A DNA stretch of 63,160 bases, filler included, from an uncultured Synergistales bacterium (GTDB taxonomy: Bacteria > Synergistota > Synergistia > Synergistales > Aminobacteriaceae), in assembly GCA_937897575.1 (NCBI GenBank). It is 4 parts of 4 records of this genome, joined end to end, with 100 filler letters (N's around TTAATTAATTAA, not from the genome) between each part and the next. Parts side by side here need not be neighbours in the genome. Positions count along the whole stretch, not along the records: positions 17,268 to 35,537 come from CALCQG010000147.1; positions 35,638 to 61,374 come from CALCQG010000148.1; 2 more parts are not named here. The stretch is one strand, 5' to 3'. Positions 27,381-37,029 of this stretch are shown in pieces (positions within the stretch are counted from its first letter, which is position 1; every line of letters begins with the position of its first letter). The notes beneath the pieces are model-generated. The model made no database searches, was not told where the DNA came from, and was given only the letters and a program-made list of their open reading frames with translations. The translations under genes and the position numbers were made by a program.

Positions 27381-29428
27381 GACCGCTGCCGGTCCCCGTG
27401 CTTTTCGAAGAGCTCCTCCACGGCCCTTTCCACCGCTTCGTCCTCGGCGGAGTAGGGTAGGGTGACGTGGTAGTCCTCCGGATATCTGCGGTTCACGTCC
27501 CGGATGACCTCCATGGCATTGGGGTTGCGGGCCCACGCCCGCCGCGCCACGCCGTTCAGCACGTCCCACATCATGGCGGAGCGGATGATCTCGTCGGTGC
27601 GCTCCGACCCGTCCAGAAGAAGCCCGAACCCGCCGTTGATGCACTTGCCGATCCCGACGCCGCCGCCGTTGTGCAGCGCGCAGAGGGTCATCCCCCTGGC
27701 CGCGTCGCCGGCGAAGGACTGGGTAGCCATGTCGGCGCAGATGTTGCTGCCGTCCTTGATGTTGGACGTCTCCCTGAAGGGGCCGTCGGTGCCCGAGACG
27801 TCGTGATGGTCCCGCCCCAGCATGACGGGGCCGATCTCGCCCTTGCGGACCATATCGTTGAACTTCAGGGCGATGGTCGTTCTCCCCTCGGCGTCCTGGT
27901 AGAGAATGCGGCACTGGGTGCCCACAACAAGCCTGTTCTCCTCGGCGTCCCGGATCCAGACCCAGTTGTCGTAGTCCTGGGCGCGCCTGTTGGGGTCGAT
28001 GCACTCCATGGCGGCCTGGTCCGTCTTCCTGAGGTCCTCGGGACGCCCACTCAGACAGCACCAGCGGAATGGCCCGTACCCGTAGTCGAAGAGGACGGGG
28101 CCCATGATGTCCTCCACGTAGGAGGGCCAGATGAACCCGTCGTAGGTGTTCTCGCCGTTCTTGGCGATCTCCGTAACCCCCGCGTCGAACACGGAGCGCA
28201 TAAAGGCGTTGCCGTAGTCGAAGAAGTAGGCTCCCTTGTCCACGAGCTTCTTGATGACGTTGAAATGCCGCCGCAGGGAGACGTCCACGCGCTTCCTGAA
28301 CTCCTCGGGGTCCCGGGAGAGCATCTCGGTGCGCTCCTCGAAGGTCAGGTCGGCCGGACAGTAGCCGCCGTCGTAGACGGCATGGCAGGAGGTCTGGTCC
28401 GACAGGAGCTGGATGGGCACGTCGTGTTCGTCGGCGTACTCCAGCAACGTCACGATGTTCCCGTGATAGGCGATGGACAGGGGCACCTTGTCGTCCAGGG
28501 CCTTCTTCGCCATGTCGAAGACCTCCGGCAGGGAGGCCGAGGTCTTCGACACCCACCCCTGGCTGTGGCGGGTCTCGATGCGCGAGGCGTCCACCTCGGC
28601 CACGATGGCCACGCCGCCTGCGATCTCGGCGGCCTTGGGCTGGGCGCCGCTCATGCCGCCCAGGCCCGAGGTGACGTAGAGGATGCCCGCCAGGTTGTCC
28701 CTCGGTCCCACGCCGAACTTCTGGCGGGCGGCGTTCAGGATGGTGTTGAAGGTGCCGTGCACGATGCCCTGGGGGCCGATGTACATCCATCCGCCGGCGG
28801 TCATCTGGCCGTAGTTCGTCACGCCGAGCTGCATGCCCCTGTGCCAGTCCTCCTGGTTGTCGAAGAGGCCCACGAGCAGGCCGTTGGTGATGATCACTCT
28901 GGGGGCCTCGGGACGGGACTTGAAAAGACCTAGAGGGTGTCCGCTCTCCACCACGAGGGTCGTGTCCTCGGTGAGCTCCTCGAGGTACCTCTTGATGAGG
29001 CGGTACTGGAGCCAGTTCTGGCAGACCTGCCCCGTCTCGCCGTAGGTGACGAGCTCGTAGGGGTACAGGGCCACCTCGAAGTCGAGGTTGTTGTCGATCA
29101 TCACCTGGAAGGCCTTGCCGGCGAGGCACTTCCCCTTGTACCGGTCGATGGGCAGCCCCTGGAGACGCCCCTTCGGCCTGAAGCGGTAGGCGTAGATCCG
29201 CCCCCGGGTCCTGAGCTCCTCGAGGAATTCGGGGATGAGCGCGGCATGGTGCTCCTCGGGCACGTAGCGCAGCGCGTTCCTGAGAGCGAGCTCCGTCTCG
29301 GATCTGTTCAGCGTCCACCCTCTGTCCGGCGCGCGCCGGATGCCGGGGGCGAACTCGGGATACTCGGGCAGGGAGCCCTCGAGTCCGATGGTCATGGCGT
29401 CCCGGTTCATCTCGTTCATCTGATACAT
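27377..29428 (-). CDS. hutU: Urocanate hydratase (long, ~680 aa type)
   Basis: YGQMTAGGWMYIGPQGIVHGT, GLGGMSGAQPKA, SDQTSCH, FDYGN and GRDHHDVSGTD motifs. Confidence 0.96.
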   Translation of the reverse strand: MYQMNEMNRDAMTIGLEGSLPEYPEFAPGIRRAPDRGWTLNRSETELALRNALRYVPEEHHAALIPEFLEELRTRGRIYAYRFRPKGRLQGLPIDRYKGKCLAGKAFQVMIDNNLDFEVALYPYELVTYGETGQVCQNWLQYRLIKRYLEELTEDTTLVVESGHPLGLFKSRPEAPRVIITNGLLVGLFDNQEDWHRGMQLGVTNYGQMTAGGWMYIGPQGIVHGTFNTILNAARQKFGVGPRDNLAGILYVTSGLGGMSGAQPKAAEIAGGVAIVAEVDASRIETRHSQGWVSKTSASLPEVFDMAKKALDDKVPLSIAYHGNIVTLLEYADEHDVPIQLLSDQTSCHAVYDGGYCPADLTFEERTEMLSRDPEEFRKRVDVSLRRHFNVIKKLVDKGAYFFDYGNAFMRSVFDAGVTEIAKNGENTYDGFIWPSYVEDIMGPVLFDYGYGPFRWCCLSGRPEDLRKTDQAAMECIDPNRRAQDYDNWVWIRDAEENRLVVGTQCRILYQDAEGRTTIALKFNDMVRKGEIGPVMLGRDHHDVSGTDGPFRETSNIKDGSNICADMATQSFAGDAARGMTLCALHNGGGVGIGKCINGGFGLLLDGSERTDEIIRSAMMWDVLNGVARRAWARNPNAMEVIRDVNRRYPEDYHVTLPYSAEDEAVERAVEELFEKHGDRQRS

Positions 29429-29450
29429 GTCGTCACCTCCGCGAAATTTT

Positions 29451-30209
29451 TTACAGCTGTGCCTGTATCCGCCGCGCGGCGTCCGTCAGAAGCCGAACGG
29501 TCCCTTCTCTGTCGTGAAAAACGCTCTCGGCGATGCCCGCCACGCCGAGCTGAGCGACGAAGACGCCCTTGCGGTCGAAGACGGGAACGCTGATATCGCC
29601 GGCGTGGGGCATCCACTCCTCGCTGCTCGTGGCGTACCCCGCCTTGCGGATGTCCTCCAGCTCTTCCCTCAGCCTCCGGGTGTCGACGGCATCGCCTCCG
29701 AGCGGTGCGGACAGCGGTGCCGCGAGGACACGCTCCCGGACCTCGGGCGCGGCGTGAGCCAGCAGAATTTTTCCCGTCGCCCCGGCGTGGAGGGGGACGG
29801 CCATGCCCCGGTGGGCGGTGAATTTGACGGGCGTCGCGGGCTCCACGGTATGGATGCAGAACCCCCTCGATCCCTCGAGGACGCTGAGCACGGCCGTATT
29901 CCCCGTCTCGGCCATAAGGGCCCTCATCTCCGGGTCGGCCGTCCGGATCAGCTCGTCATACAGGTCCATCCTGTTCGAGAGGAGGAGGAAACGGATGCCG
30001 GGACGGTATCCGCCGCTGGTCCCGTCGAGAAAGACCCAGCCCGTCTCCTCGAGGGAGAGGAGGAAGCGATGGGCTGTGCTTCTCGGGATGGAGGCCTGCT
30101 CCTCCACGTCCCGGACCGTGAGGGGGGCCGGGGAGGCGCAGAGGGCCTCCATGATGGCCGCCGTCTTGACGGCCCCGTCCATTTTCGTCTGATGGAGGTG
30201 TGAGGTCAC
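29451..30209 (-). CDS. IclR family transcriptional regulator
   Basis: IPRSTAHRFLLSL HTH; PLHAGATGKILLA and IRKAGYA motifs. Confidence 0.92.
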   Translation of the reverse strand: MTSHLHQTKMDGAVKTAAIMEALCASPAPLTVRDVEEQASIPRSTAHRFLLSLEETGWVFLDGTSGGYRPGIRFLLLSNRMDLYDELIRTADPEMRALMAETGNTAVLSVLEGSRGFCIHTVEPATPVKFTAHRGMAVPLHAGATGKILLAHAAPEVRERVLAAPLSAPLGGDAVDTRRLREELEDIRKAGYATSSEEWMPHAGDISVPVFDRKGVFVAQLGVAGIAESVFHDREGTVRLLTDAARRIQAQL

Positions 30210-30223
30210 GGTGCACTCTCCTT

Positions 30224-30271
30224 AAATGGGACAATATGTCCCATTTTTTCATGAGGCGATGTTTTTGTCAA
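30224..30271 (-). promoter_or_regulatory. Promoter and palindromic operator of iclR-hutU-hutD
   Basis: TTGACA(30271-30266)-17-AAAAAT overlapping the palindrome AAATGGGACA-ATA-TGTCCCATTT (30224-30246). Confidence 0.75.
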
Positions 30272-30318
30272 CGGGCGGCCGTCGCCTCGGTTCGGAAAAG
30301 CTGAGGGCTCGGCGCTTC

Positions 30319-31491
30319 CTATTGCGAGGTCGTCATGTAGGGTGCGGGGTCCACGGAGTGGCCGTTCTTCAGGAGATGGAAGGCCAGCTTCGGTGATGGC
30401 CCCGTGCCGACGAGGCCGATCCGGTCGCCGGCGGAGACCTTCTGCCCCGATCGGACGTAGAGGATCCCCAGGTGGCCGTAGAAGGTGGCGAAGCCGCCGT
30501 CGTGCTGGATGAAGACGGCGTTGCCGAAGCTCCTCATCCATCCGCCGTGGAGCACCGTTCCGTCGGCGGCGGCGAGGACGCTTGTTTCCTCCACGGCGGC
30601 GATGGTCATGCCGGAGGACTGGTCCTTCGTCACGGAACCGGCGCCGCGGTTGCTCCGGAGCGGCCAGGTGAGGCGCAACGAGGACGACGGCCGCTGCGCC
30701 GGAGCGCTTTGTGGAGAAGGGGACACCCCGGGGGCTCTTTGTGGCGCGGGTGCGGACCCGGTCTCGACCGCCGGGGCTGCGGCGTCCTTCCCGGGCGGGA
30801 TGGTCAGCGTCTCGCCGATCCGGAGGACGGACGTCTCGGTGCGGTTGTTGGCCTCCAGGAGCACCGCGAGGGGGACGCCGTGATTCTTGGCGATGCGGTA
30901 GAGGGTGTCCCCCTCCTGCACCCGGTAGGTCCCCGCAGAGCCGTCAGCCGATGGGGCGGGGGCGGCTGGCGATTCCTCGCCGCTTTCGCGCGCCGCCTCG
31001 GGCCGATCCGTCACCTCGTTGCGGTCGTCCGTCGCAGCCAGCGAAGGTCGTTCACCTTCCTCGGGCGGTGTCTCCGGCGAGGGGCGGCTCAATGTCCTCT
31101 GCTGCGGTGGCGGTCCCTCCAGAACGGGCATCTCGGACGGAGCAACCTCCGCCCCTGGTCCTTCGGGCACGAGAGGGGCGAGGAACTCGCTGGTGTATCT
31201 GGGCTTCGGCCAGCCGCCAAGGCCGCGGCGCTTCGCCTCGTACAGGGTGGCCAGGACGTCCCGGGGGCTCTTGGGGACGAGGAGCGTGGTCCCCGGGGCC
31301 AGCGCGTCCGTCGTTCCGGCGTATCCGTTGGCCGAGGCGAGGTTGTCCGCGCTCATGCCCGTTGCGCCTGCCACGGACTGGAGGGTTTCCCCCTCCCGGA
31401 CGGCGTGGACGGTGAAGGGCTGCTCCGACGCGGCTGCGGCGGAGGTCAGAAGGACGAAGAAGAGGACGACGGTACAGGCGGTCTTTTTCAT
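30319..31491 (-). CDS. LysM / M23-like peptidoglycan-binding protein
   Basis: Signal peptide, two LysM domains (VREGETL; YRVQEGDTLYRIA) and an M23-like C-terminus (FGNAVFIQH, YGHL). Confidence 0.85.
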   Translation of the reverse strand: MKKTACTVVLFFVLLTSAAAASEQPFTVHAVREGETLQSVAGATGMSADNLASANGYAGTTDALAPGTTLLVPKSPRDVLATLYEAKRRGLGGWPKPRYTSEFLAPLVPEGPGAEVAPSEMPVLEGPPPQQRTLSRPSPETPPEEGERPSLAATDDRNEVTDRPEAARESGEESPAAPAPSADGSAGTYRVQEGDTLYRIAKNHGVPLAVLLEANNRTETSVLRIGETLTIPPGKDAAAPAVETGSAPAPQRAPGVSPSPQSAPAQRPSSSLRLTWPLRSNRGAGSVTKDQSSGMTIAAVEETSVLAAADGTVLHGGWMRSFGNAVFIQHDGGFATFYGHLGILYVRSGQKVSAGDRIGLVGTGPSPKLAFHLLKNGHSVDPAPYMTTSQ

Positions 31492-31656
31492 GAGCCCTCC
31501 CGGTGTGATGATTTTCTCTCATTATATCGTCTTGCCCCTTTGGGAGGAAAGGAGCGCACAGCCCCGCATCCGAGGGGTATAGAGGTATAATGAGGGCGAT
31601 CGGACGAAGAGCCTGCCCCCATTGTCGGGCGGCGGGGGCATGAAAGCGGTGACGGA

Positions 31657-32475
31657 ATGCTCGAATCGACCTACTCGATCCCCTACGGCGGGATCGGCCC
31701 CGACGGCCGGATGAAGCTGCCGGTCCTCCTCGATGTCCTCCAGGATATGGCCGACCGGGACGCCGCCAGGATGTCCATGACCGTGGCGAACCTCATCACG
31801 AAGGGGGTGAGCTGGGTCCTCCGACAGTACCGGGTGACCGTGGACCGCTATCCGACCCACGACAGCACCCTGACAGTCCGCACATGGCACGGACCCCGGA
31901 AGAACCTCTATTCCCTCCGGGCCTTCGTTGTTCGGGACGAACGAGGTCCCGTGGCCTCCGCGGAGACGAGCTGGATCCTGATCGACCTGGAGCGGGGGCG
32001 GCCGCTCCGGCTTGACCGGCACTCCACGGAGCTCTACATCGCCGAGTCCTGCCCCATGGAGATGGAGTTCTCCAGCCTGCCGGCGATGGACCGGTGGCGG
32101 GAGGAGCGTCCGTTCTCCGTGCGCCGGTGGGACCTGGACAGGAACAACCACGTGAACAACGCGGTGTACTTCTCCTGGGCCGCGGAGGCCGTTCCGGACG
32201 ACGTGGCGTCCTCGCTCGCACTGCGGCGGGTGGAGGCGGAGTACGAGCGCCCGACGGAGGGACACGGGGAGATCGTCGTTCGCACCGTCCTTCTTGAACA
32301 GGGTGAGGGGCGGGTCTACGGTCATGCCATCGTGGGCTCCGACGGCGAACGAAAGGCCCGCTTCGTCACGGAGTGGCGGCCCAGGCAGCGGGACGAAGAG
32401 ACGACAGAGACGGACGGTGCGCCGTCGTCACACTGTTGTTCGACGAAGACAAAAAAGGGAGGAATGCAGGGATGA
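31657..32475 (+). CDS. Acyl-ACP thioesterase (FatA/FatB-like)
   Basis: WVLRQY, WILIDLERGRP and DLDRNNHVNNAVY motifs. Confidence 0.88.
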   Translation: MLESTYSIPYGGIGPDGRMKLPVLLDVLQDMADRDAARMSMTVANLITKGVSWVLRQYRVTVDRYPTHDSTLTVRTWHGPRKNLYSLRAFVVRDERGPVASAETSWILIDLERGRPLRLDRHSTELYIAESCPMEMEFSSLPAMDRWREERPFSVRRWDLDRNNHVNNAVYFSWAAEAVPDDVASSLALRRVEAEYERPTEGHGEIVVRTVLLEQGEGRVYGHAIVGSDGERKARFVTEWRPRQRDEETTETDGAPSSHCCSTKTKKGGMQG

Positions 32476-32816
32476 TCGTGCTGAACGACGGAGGAACGAC
32501 CCTACGGAAGGAGAACGTCCGGGGAGGGAGGGGCGGCGGCCTGTTCACCTACGCCGTGGACGGCGCCGTGTCGGGGAGCCATTTCAAGATGATCGCCCGG
32601 ATCCGCCTCGAGCCGGGGAGCAGCATCGGAGAGCACCCTCACGACGCCGACGAGGAGCTCTACTACATCCTGAAGGGCAAGGGCGTGTACTACGAGAACG
32701 GCGTGCCCCACCCCGTCCGTGAGGGCGACTTCCTCGTCCTGTACCAGGGGGGGACCCACGGCCTCGAGGCCTCGGACGACAGCGAACTGGTCTTCCTCGC
32801 CGTCGTCACGTGCTGA
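32472..32816 (+). CDS. Cupin domain protein
   Basis: PGSSIGEHPH...EELYYILKGKG...GGTHG motif. Confidence 0.88.
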   Translation: MIVLNDGGTTLRKENVRGGRGGGLFTYAVDGAVSGSHFKMIARIRLEPGSSIGEHPHDADEELYYILKGKGVYYENGVPHPVREGDFLVLYQGGTHGLEASDDSELVFLAVVTC

Positions 32817-32836
32817 AGAGCAACGGGGGGCGCGTC

Positions 32837-33988
32837 ATGTTTCCCTCCTTCAGCTACGAGATGCCCACTCGGGTGGAGTTCGGCCGGGGTGTGGTCCGCA
32901 ACGTGGGGCACGAGGTTAGCGCCCTTGGCAGCAGGGTCCTGATTCTCTCCGACGAAGGGGTCCGCAAAGCGGGACTTCTCGATATCGTCACGGGCCATCT
33001 CGTCGAGGCCTCCGTCCTCTACGAGCTCTTTCTCGACATCGAGCCCAACCCGAAGGACCACAACGTCCACCGGGCCGCCGAGGCGGCCGGCGCCTTCGAG
33101 GCGGACTGCCTTCTCGCGGTGGGCGGGGGCAGTCCCATCGACTGCGCCAAAGGGGTCGCCATCGTGGCCGCGGCGGGCGGGCGCATCCGCGACTACGAGG
33201 GGCGTTTCGTCCCGGCCGTCACGCCCCTGCCCGTCATCGCCATTCCCACGACGGCGGGCACGGCGAGCGAGCTGACCTTCGGGGCCGTCATCACCGATAC
33301 GGCCGAGCACTTCAAGTTCACGGTCAAGAGCCCTGCCCTCGCGCCCAAGGTCGCCCTGGCCGACCCCGAGATGACGGCCACCATGCCGAGAAACCTCACG
33401 GCCTTCACGGGCATGGACGCCCTCACCCACGCCATCGAGGCCTACACATGCCGGGTGGCCACACCCTTCTCCGACGCTCCGGCCCTGGTGGCCATGGACC
33501 TCATCGGGCGGTTCCTGCGGCGGGCCTGGCAGGACGGCCGCGACATGGAGGCGCGCGAGGGGATGCTGCTCGGGAGCCTGCTCGCCGGCATGGCCTTCAG
33601 CCACTCGGACGTGGCGGCGGTGCACTGCCTCGCCGAGGCCCTGGGAGCCATGTACGACGCCCCCCACGGAGCCTGCAACGCCATCGCCCTGCCCGCCGTC
33701 ATGGCATACTCCATGGAGGCCTGCGTGGACCGATACGCCGACGTGGCGCGGTGCCTGGGGCTCTCCTTCGCCACGACGGAGGAGGGGGCGAGGGCCGCCG
33801 TCCGGGAGGTCCAGCAGATGGCCAGGGACCTCGAGCTCCCCTCGATTGCGGTGTTCGGCGTCCGGGAGGAGGACTTCGAGATCATCGCCGCCAAGGCGGA
33901 GGCGAATCTGTCCAACCCGGACAACCCGAGGGTCCTGACAAGAGCGGACTACGTCGCCCTGTTGCGGATTCTGACGGGTACGGTGTGA
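32837..33988 (+). CDS. Iron-containing alcohol dehydrogenase
   Basis: GGGSPIDCAK, IPTTAGTASE, GMDALTHAIE, VHCLAE and PHGACNA motifs. Confidence 0.93.
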   Translation: MFPSFSYEMPTRVEFGRGVVRNVGHEVSALGSRVLILSDEGVRKAGLLDIVTGHLVEASVLYELFLDIEPNPKDHNVHRAAEAAGAFEADCLLAVGGGSPIDCAKGVAIVAAAGGRIRDYEGRFVPAVTPLPVIAIPTTAGTASELTFGAVITDTAEHFKFTVKSPALAPKVALADPEMTATMPRNLTAFTGMDALTHAIEAYTCRVATPFSDAPALVAMDLIGRFLRRAWQDGRDMEAREGMLLGSLLAGMAFSHSDVAAVHCLAEALGAMYDAPHGACNAIALPAVMAYSMEACVDRYADVARCLGLSFATTEEGARAAVREVQQMARDLELPSIAVFGVREEDFEIIAAKAEANLSNPDNPRVLTRADYVALLRILTGTV

Positions 33989-34147
33989 CGGACATACGGC
34001 GCCAGCCCTGAACAAAGGAACATGGGGTTGGTTCGATAGGACGCGGCCGACTCCGCACTGTCCACTGCTTCTTCACGACGGCCCTGTCGTATAATGGGGC
34101 GGGTTTGAAGAAACGTCTCACCTCTTCCGGAAAGGACGGCATGGGTC

Positions 34148-34963
34148 ATGTCGGATTTTCTTCGTCAATCAGATCCGGTCATGCAGGCTCTTATGGCCAC
34201 GCTCTTCACCTGGGGCGTGACGGCGGCCGGGGCGGGGCTCGTCTTCTTCACGAGGACGGTACACCAGAAGGTGCTGGATGCCATGCTGGGGTTTGCCGCC
34301 GGCGTCATGATCGCGGCGAGCTTCTGGTCCCTGCTCGCGCCGGGGCTCGAGATGGCCGAGCGCATGGGCCAGATCCCCTGGCTGACGGCCCTCGTGGGGT
34401 TCATGGGCGGCGGGATCTTCATGCGCCTCGCCGATGCCCTCATGCCCCACCTGCACATGGGGGTGTCGGCGGACCACTATGACGGTCCCCATACCTCCTG
34501 GAAGCGGAGCACCCTGCTCGTCCTGGCCATCACGCTGCACAACATCCCCGAGGGGCTGGCCGTGGGCGTCGCCTTCGGTGCAACGGCTGCCGGAATGCCG
34601 TCCGCTACCCTGGGCGGAGCCGTCGCTCTGGCGTTGGGAATCGGCCTTCAGAACTTCCCCGAGGGGGCGGCCGTCTCGCTCCCCCTGAGAAGAGAGGGGA
34701 CGGGACGGATGAAGAGCTTCCTCATGGGCCAGGCTTCGGGCGTGGTGGAGCCCATCGCCGGGGTGATCGGCGCCCTGTTCGTCGTCCGCATGCAGCCCGT
34801 CCTGCCCTACGCCCTCTGCTTTGCCGCCGGCGCCATGATCTTCGTGGTGGTGGAGGAGCTCATCCCGGAGTCCCAGAGGATCGAGGAGAACATCGACTTC
34901 GTGACCATGGCGACCATGGCCGGCTTCGCCGTCATGATGGTCCTGGACGTGGCTCTCGGCTGA
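34148..34963 (+). CDS. ZIP family metal transporter (GufA/ZupT-like)
   Basis: AITLHNIPEGLAVG, QNFPEG and EELIPE motifs. Confidence 0.92.
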   Translation: MSDFLRQSDPVMQALMATLFTWGVTAAGAGLVFFTRTVHQKVLDAMLGFAAGVMIAASFWSLLAPGLEMAERMGQIPWLTALVGFMGGGIFMRLADALMPHLHMGVSADHYDGPHTSWKRSTLLVLAITLHNIPEGLAVGVAFGATAAGMPSATLGGAVALALGIGLQNFPEGAAVSLPLRREGTGRMKSFLMGQASGVVEPIAGVIGALFVVRMQPVLPYALCFAAGAMIFVVVEELIPESQRIEENIDFVTMATMAGFAVMMVLDVALG

Positions 34964-35064
34964 TCGGCCGTTGCAGGCCGACGAGGATGATACTACAATG
35001 GTTCTGCCCTGGAGTCCGCGACTCCGGGGGACCTTCGAGCGGTTCAGGAAGGATTGAGCGTGGA

Positions 35065-35537
35065 ATGCGACATGTAGGCGTTACTTCGAGAGGCATCCGC
35101 CTCCCCGTCCTCTGTCAGGGGGCGGATCTCGTTCAGATCATCGCCGAGGAGTTGGAAAAGGCCGCCCGGTCGGAGCGCGACCCCTTTCTTTTTCGGGACC
35201 GGGACGTGATCGGCGTCACGGAATCCCTTCTCGCAAGGACCCAGGGCAACTATGTGACCCTCGACGAAATAGGGGAGGACGTCGAGCGTCTCGTCCCCGA
35301 GGGGGATGTGGTGCTGCTCTTCCCGATCCTCAGCCGGAACCGCTTCGGCCATATCTTGCGGGGCATCATCCGGGGGGTCCGCGGCACGATCCACCTTCTG
35401 CTCTCCTACCCCGGCGACGAGGTGGGCAACCTGCTCATGAACCAGGCCGACTTCTACCGGAACCAACCCCGCCTCTCGGGCGACTGCTTCAGCGAAGAGG
35501 AGTACGACCGGGTCTTCGGCCGGCTTCCGCACCTGTT
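35065..35537 (+). CDS. F420-0:gamma-glutamyl ligase (CofE)-family protein, cut by the gap
   Basis: SRGIRLPV...DRDVIGVTESLLARTQGNY...PILSRNRF. Confidence 0.75.
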
Positions 35538-35637
35538 NNNNNNNNNNNNNNNNNNNNNNNNNNNNNNNNNNNNNNNNNNNNTTAATTAATTAANNNNNNN
35601 NNNNNNNNNNNNNNNNNNNNNNNNNNNNNNNNNNNNN
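35538..35637. other. Artificial contig spacer
   Basis: 44 N + TTAATTAATTAA + 44 N. Confidence 0.98.
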
Positions 35638-35669
35638 CCGCCTGTTGAGTCTTCAAGGACCTTCTCCTG

Positions 35670-36755
35670 TCACAGAACGGTCATTTCACGCGGAAACTTT
35701 GTGAAGGAAAGAGCTCCTGTCCTTGTAACGGCAACACAATTCTCAATCCGGACGCCGAATCGTCCCGGAAGATAGATGCCGGGCTCGATACTGAAGGTGA
35801 TACCCTCCCGTAAGACCGTTTCATCCGTAGAAGAGATATCGGGCATGGGGTCATGCCCGACGATTCCTATGCTGTGCCCTGTCCTATGGGTAAAAAACGG
35901 TCCGTATCCGGCCTTTTCAATGACCCCGCGAACGGCCCGGTCGATATCACATGCCCGAATACCCTCTCTGACCGCTGCCTCGCCCGCAAGTTGAGCCTCG
36001 AGAACGATAGAGTATACCTTTTTTTGTTCCTCAGTAGGTCCTCCCACGAAGAATGTCCTCGTCATGTCAGACCGATATCCGTTATGGCTCCCCCCGAAAT
36101 CGATCAGAACGACATCGCGCTCCCCGACGACCCTGTCCCCTTTGTTGTAATGAGGAAGGGCGCTGTTCGGACCGGTTGCGACGACATAGGATATTCGTTC
36201 TCCACCGATGGACTCATAGATATCCCGGAGCCTACGCTTCAGTGTACTCTCAGATGTCCCCGGCACAATGAAATCCACAAGCTGCCTCAACGCCTCATCG
36301 GCAAGTGAACCCACCTTGCAGAGCCTTTCAACCTCTTCAGGCGTCTTGTTCATTCGAACCTGTCCCACTACTTTTCTGGCAGGGAGAAGTTCTATCCCGT
36401 ATTTTTTCGCTATGGGGAGGATATCGGCGGCCCGAACGGCTTCATTGACGCCTAACGTCCGAGGAATACCGTATTCGTTGAAAGCGGCCTCGAAAGCGCT
36501 CGCCACTCCGTAGGCATCATCCCATGCGAAGATATGTGCATCGTTGTCAAGATCCTCTTTGAACTCGTCTCTGCACAAAGACGGACATATGGCAAAAACC
36601 CGTCCATCAGCATAGATGCAAATTCCTTTGAATCGCTCGTCATCTATCGGATCCAGATTCGTCAGATAGCGCAAATCAGGAGAGGTTGCAATGAGGAGGG
36701 CCTCCATGCCATGGGAGGAAAGCAACAACGAGACTTTTTTCATTCTGTCATTCAT
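35670..36755 (-). CDS. Xaa-Pro peptidase family (M24B) protein
   Basis: NSALPH, LIDFGG, YRSDMTRT, HRTGHSIG and FSIEPGIYLPGRFGVRIE motifs. Confidence 0.9.
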   Translation of the reverse strand: MNDRMKKVSLLLSSHGMEALLIATSPDLRYLTNLDPIDDERFKGICIYADGRVFAICPSLCRDEFKEDLDNDAHIFAWDDAYGVASAFEAAFNEYGIPRTLGVNEAVRAADILPIAKKYGIELLPARKVVGQVRMNKTPEEVERLCKVGSLADEALRQLVDFIVPGTSESTLKRRLRDIYESIGGERISYVVATGPNSALPHYNKGDRVVGERDVVLIDFGGSHNGYRSDMTRTFFVGGPTEEQKKVYSIVLEAQLAGEAAVREGIRACDIDRAVRGVIEKAGYGPFFTHRTGHSIGIVGHDPMPDISSTDETVLREGITFSIEPGIYLPGRFGVRIENCVAVTRTGALSFTKFPREMTVL

Positions 36756-36980
36756 GGGGATTCCTTCTTCCTCTTTATGAGATAGCGTGTTTACTTAAAC
36801 CACAGTGCAATCCACTGGAACACAGTATTTTTTCTCGTCTTGCAAAGTTTTTCAAAGATATCTTGTACCTCTTGCTGTTATACATTCGTCATTGGAATGC
36901 CTGACGAGATTTGCGCCCGCATACGTCTACCGCTCCGTATACGTTGTTTCACGGTCATACCTTCCAATGACGGTTTGAGG

Positions 36981-37010
36981 TGCGCCTCTCCCGAATCCGG
37001 GAGAGGCGCA
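36981..37010 (-). terminator. Hairpin after the OCD gene
   Basis: TGCGCCTCTCCCG-AATC-CGGGAGAGGCGCA perfect stem. Confidence 0.7.
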
Positions 37011-37029
37011 CTGAGGATGTTCCTGCGTT

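Noticed and set aside
26787..29318. 843-aa ORF ending in HutD
   Set aside because: The N-terminal part is an off-frame overlap of hutU; the real start is 27380. The long versions of rnhB, exbD, the prepilin gene and FadR2 are explained the same way.
35065..35537. F420 biosynthesis
   Set aside because: This CofE-like family is common in anaerobes without F420, and no other cof genes are visible.
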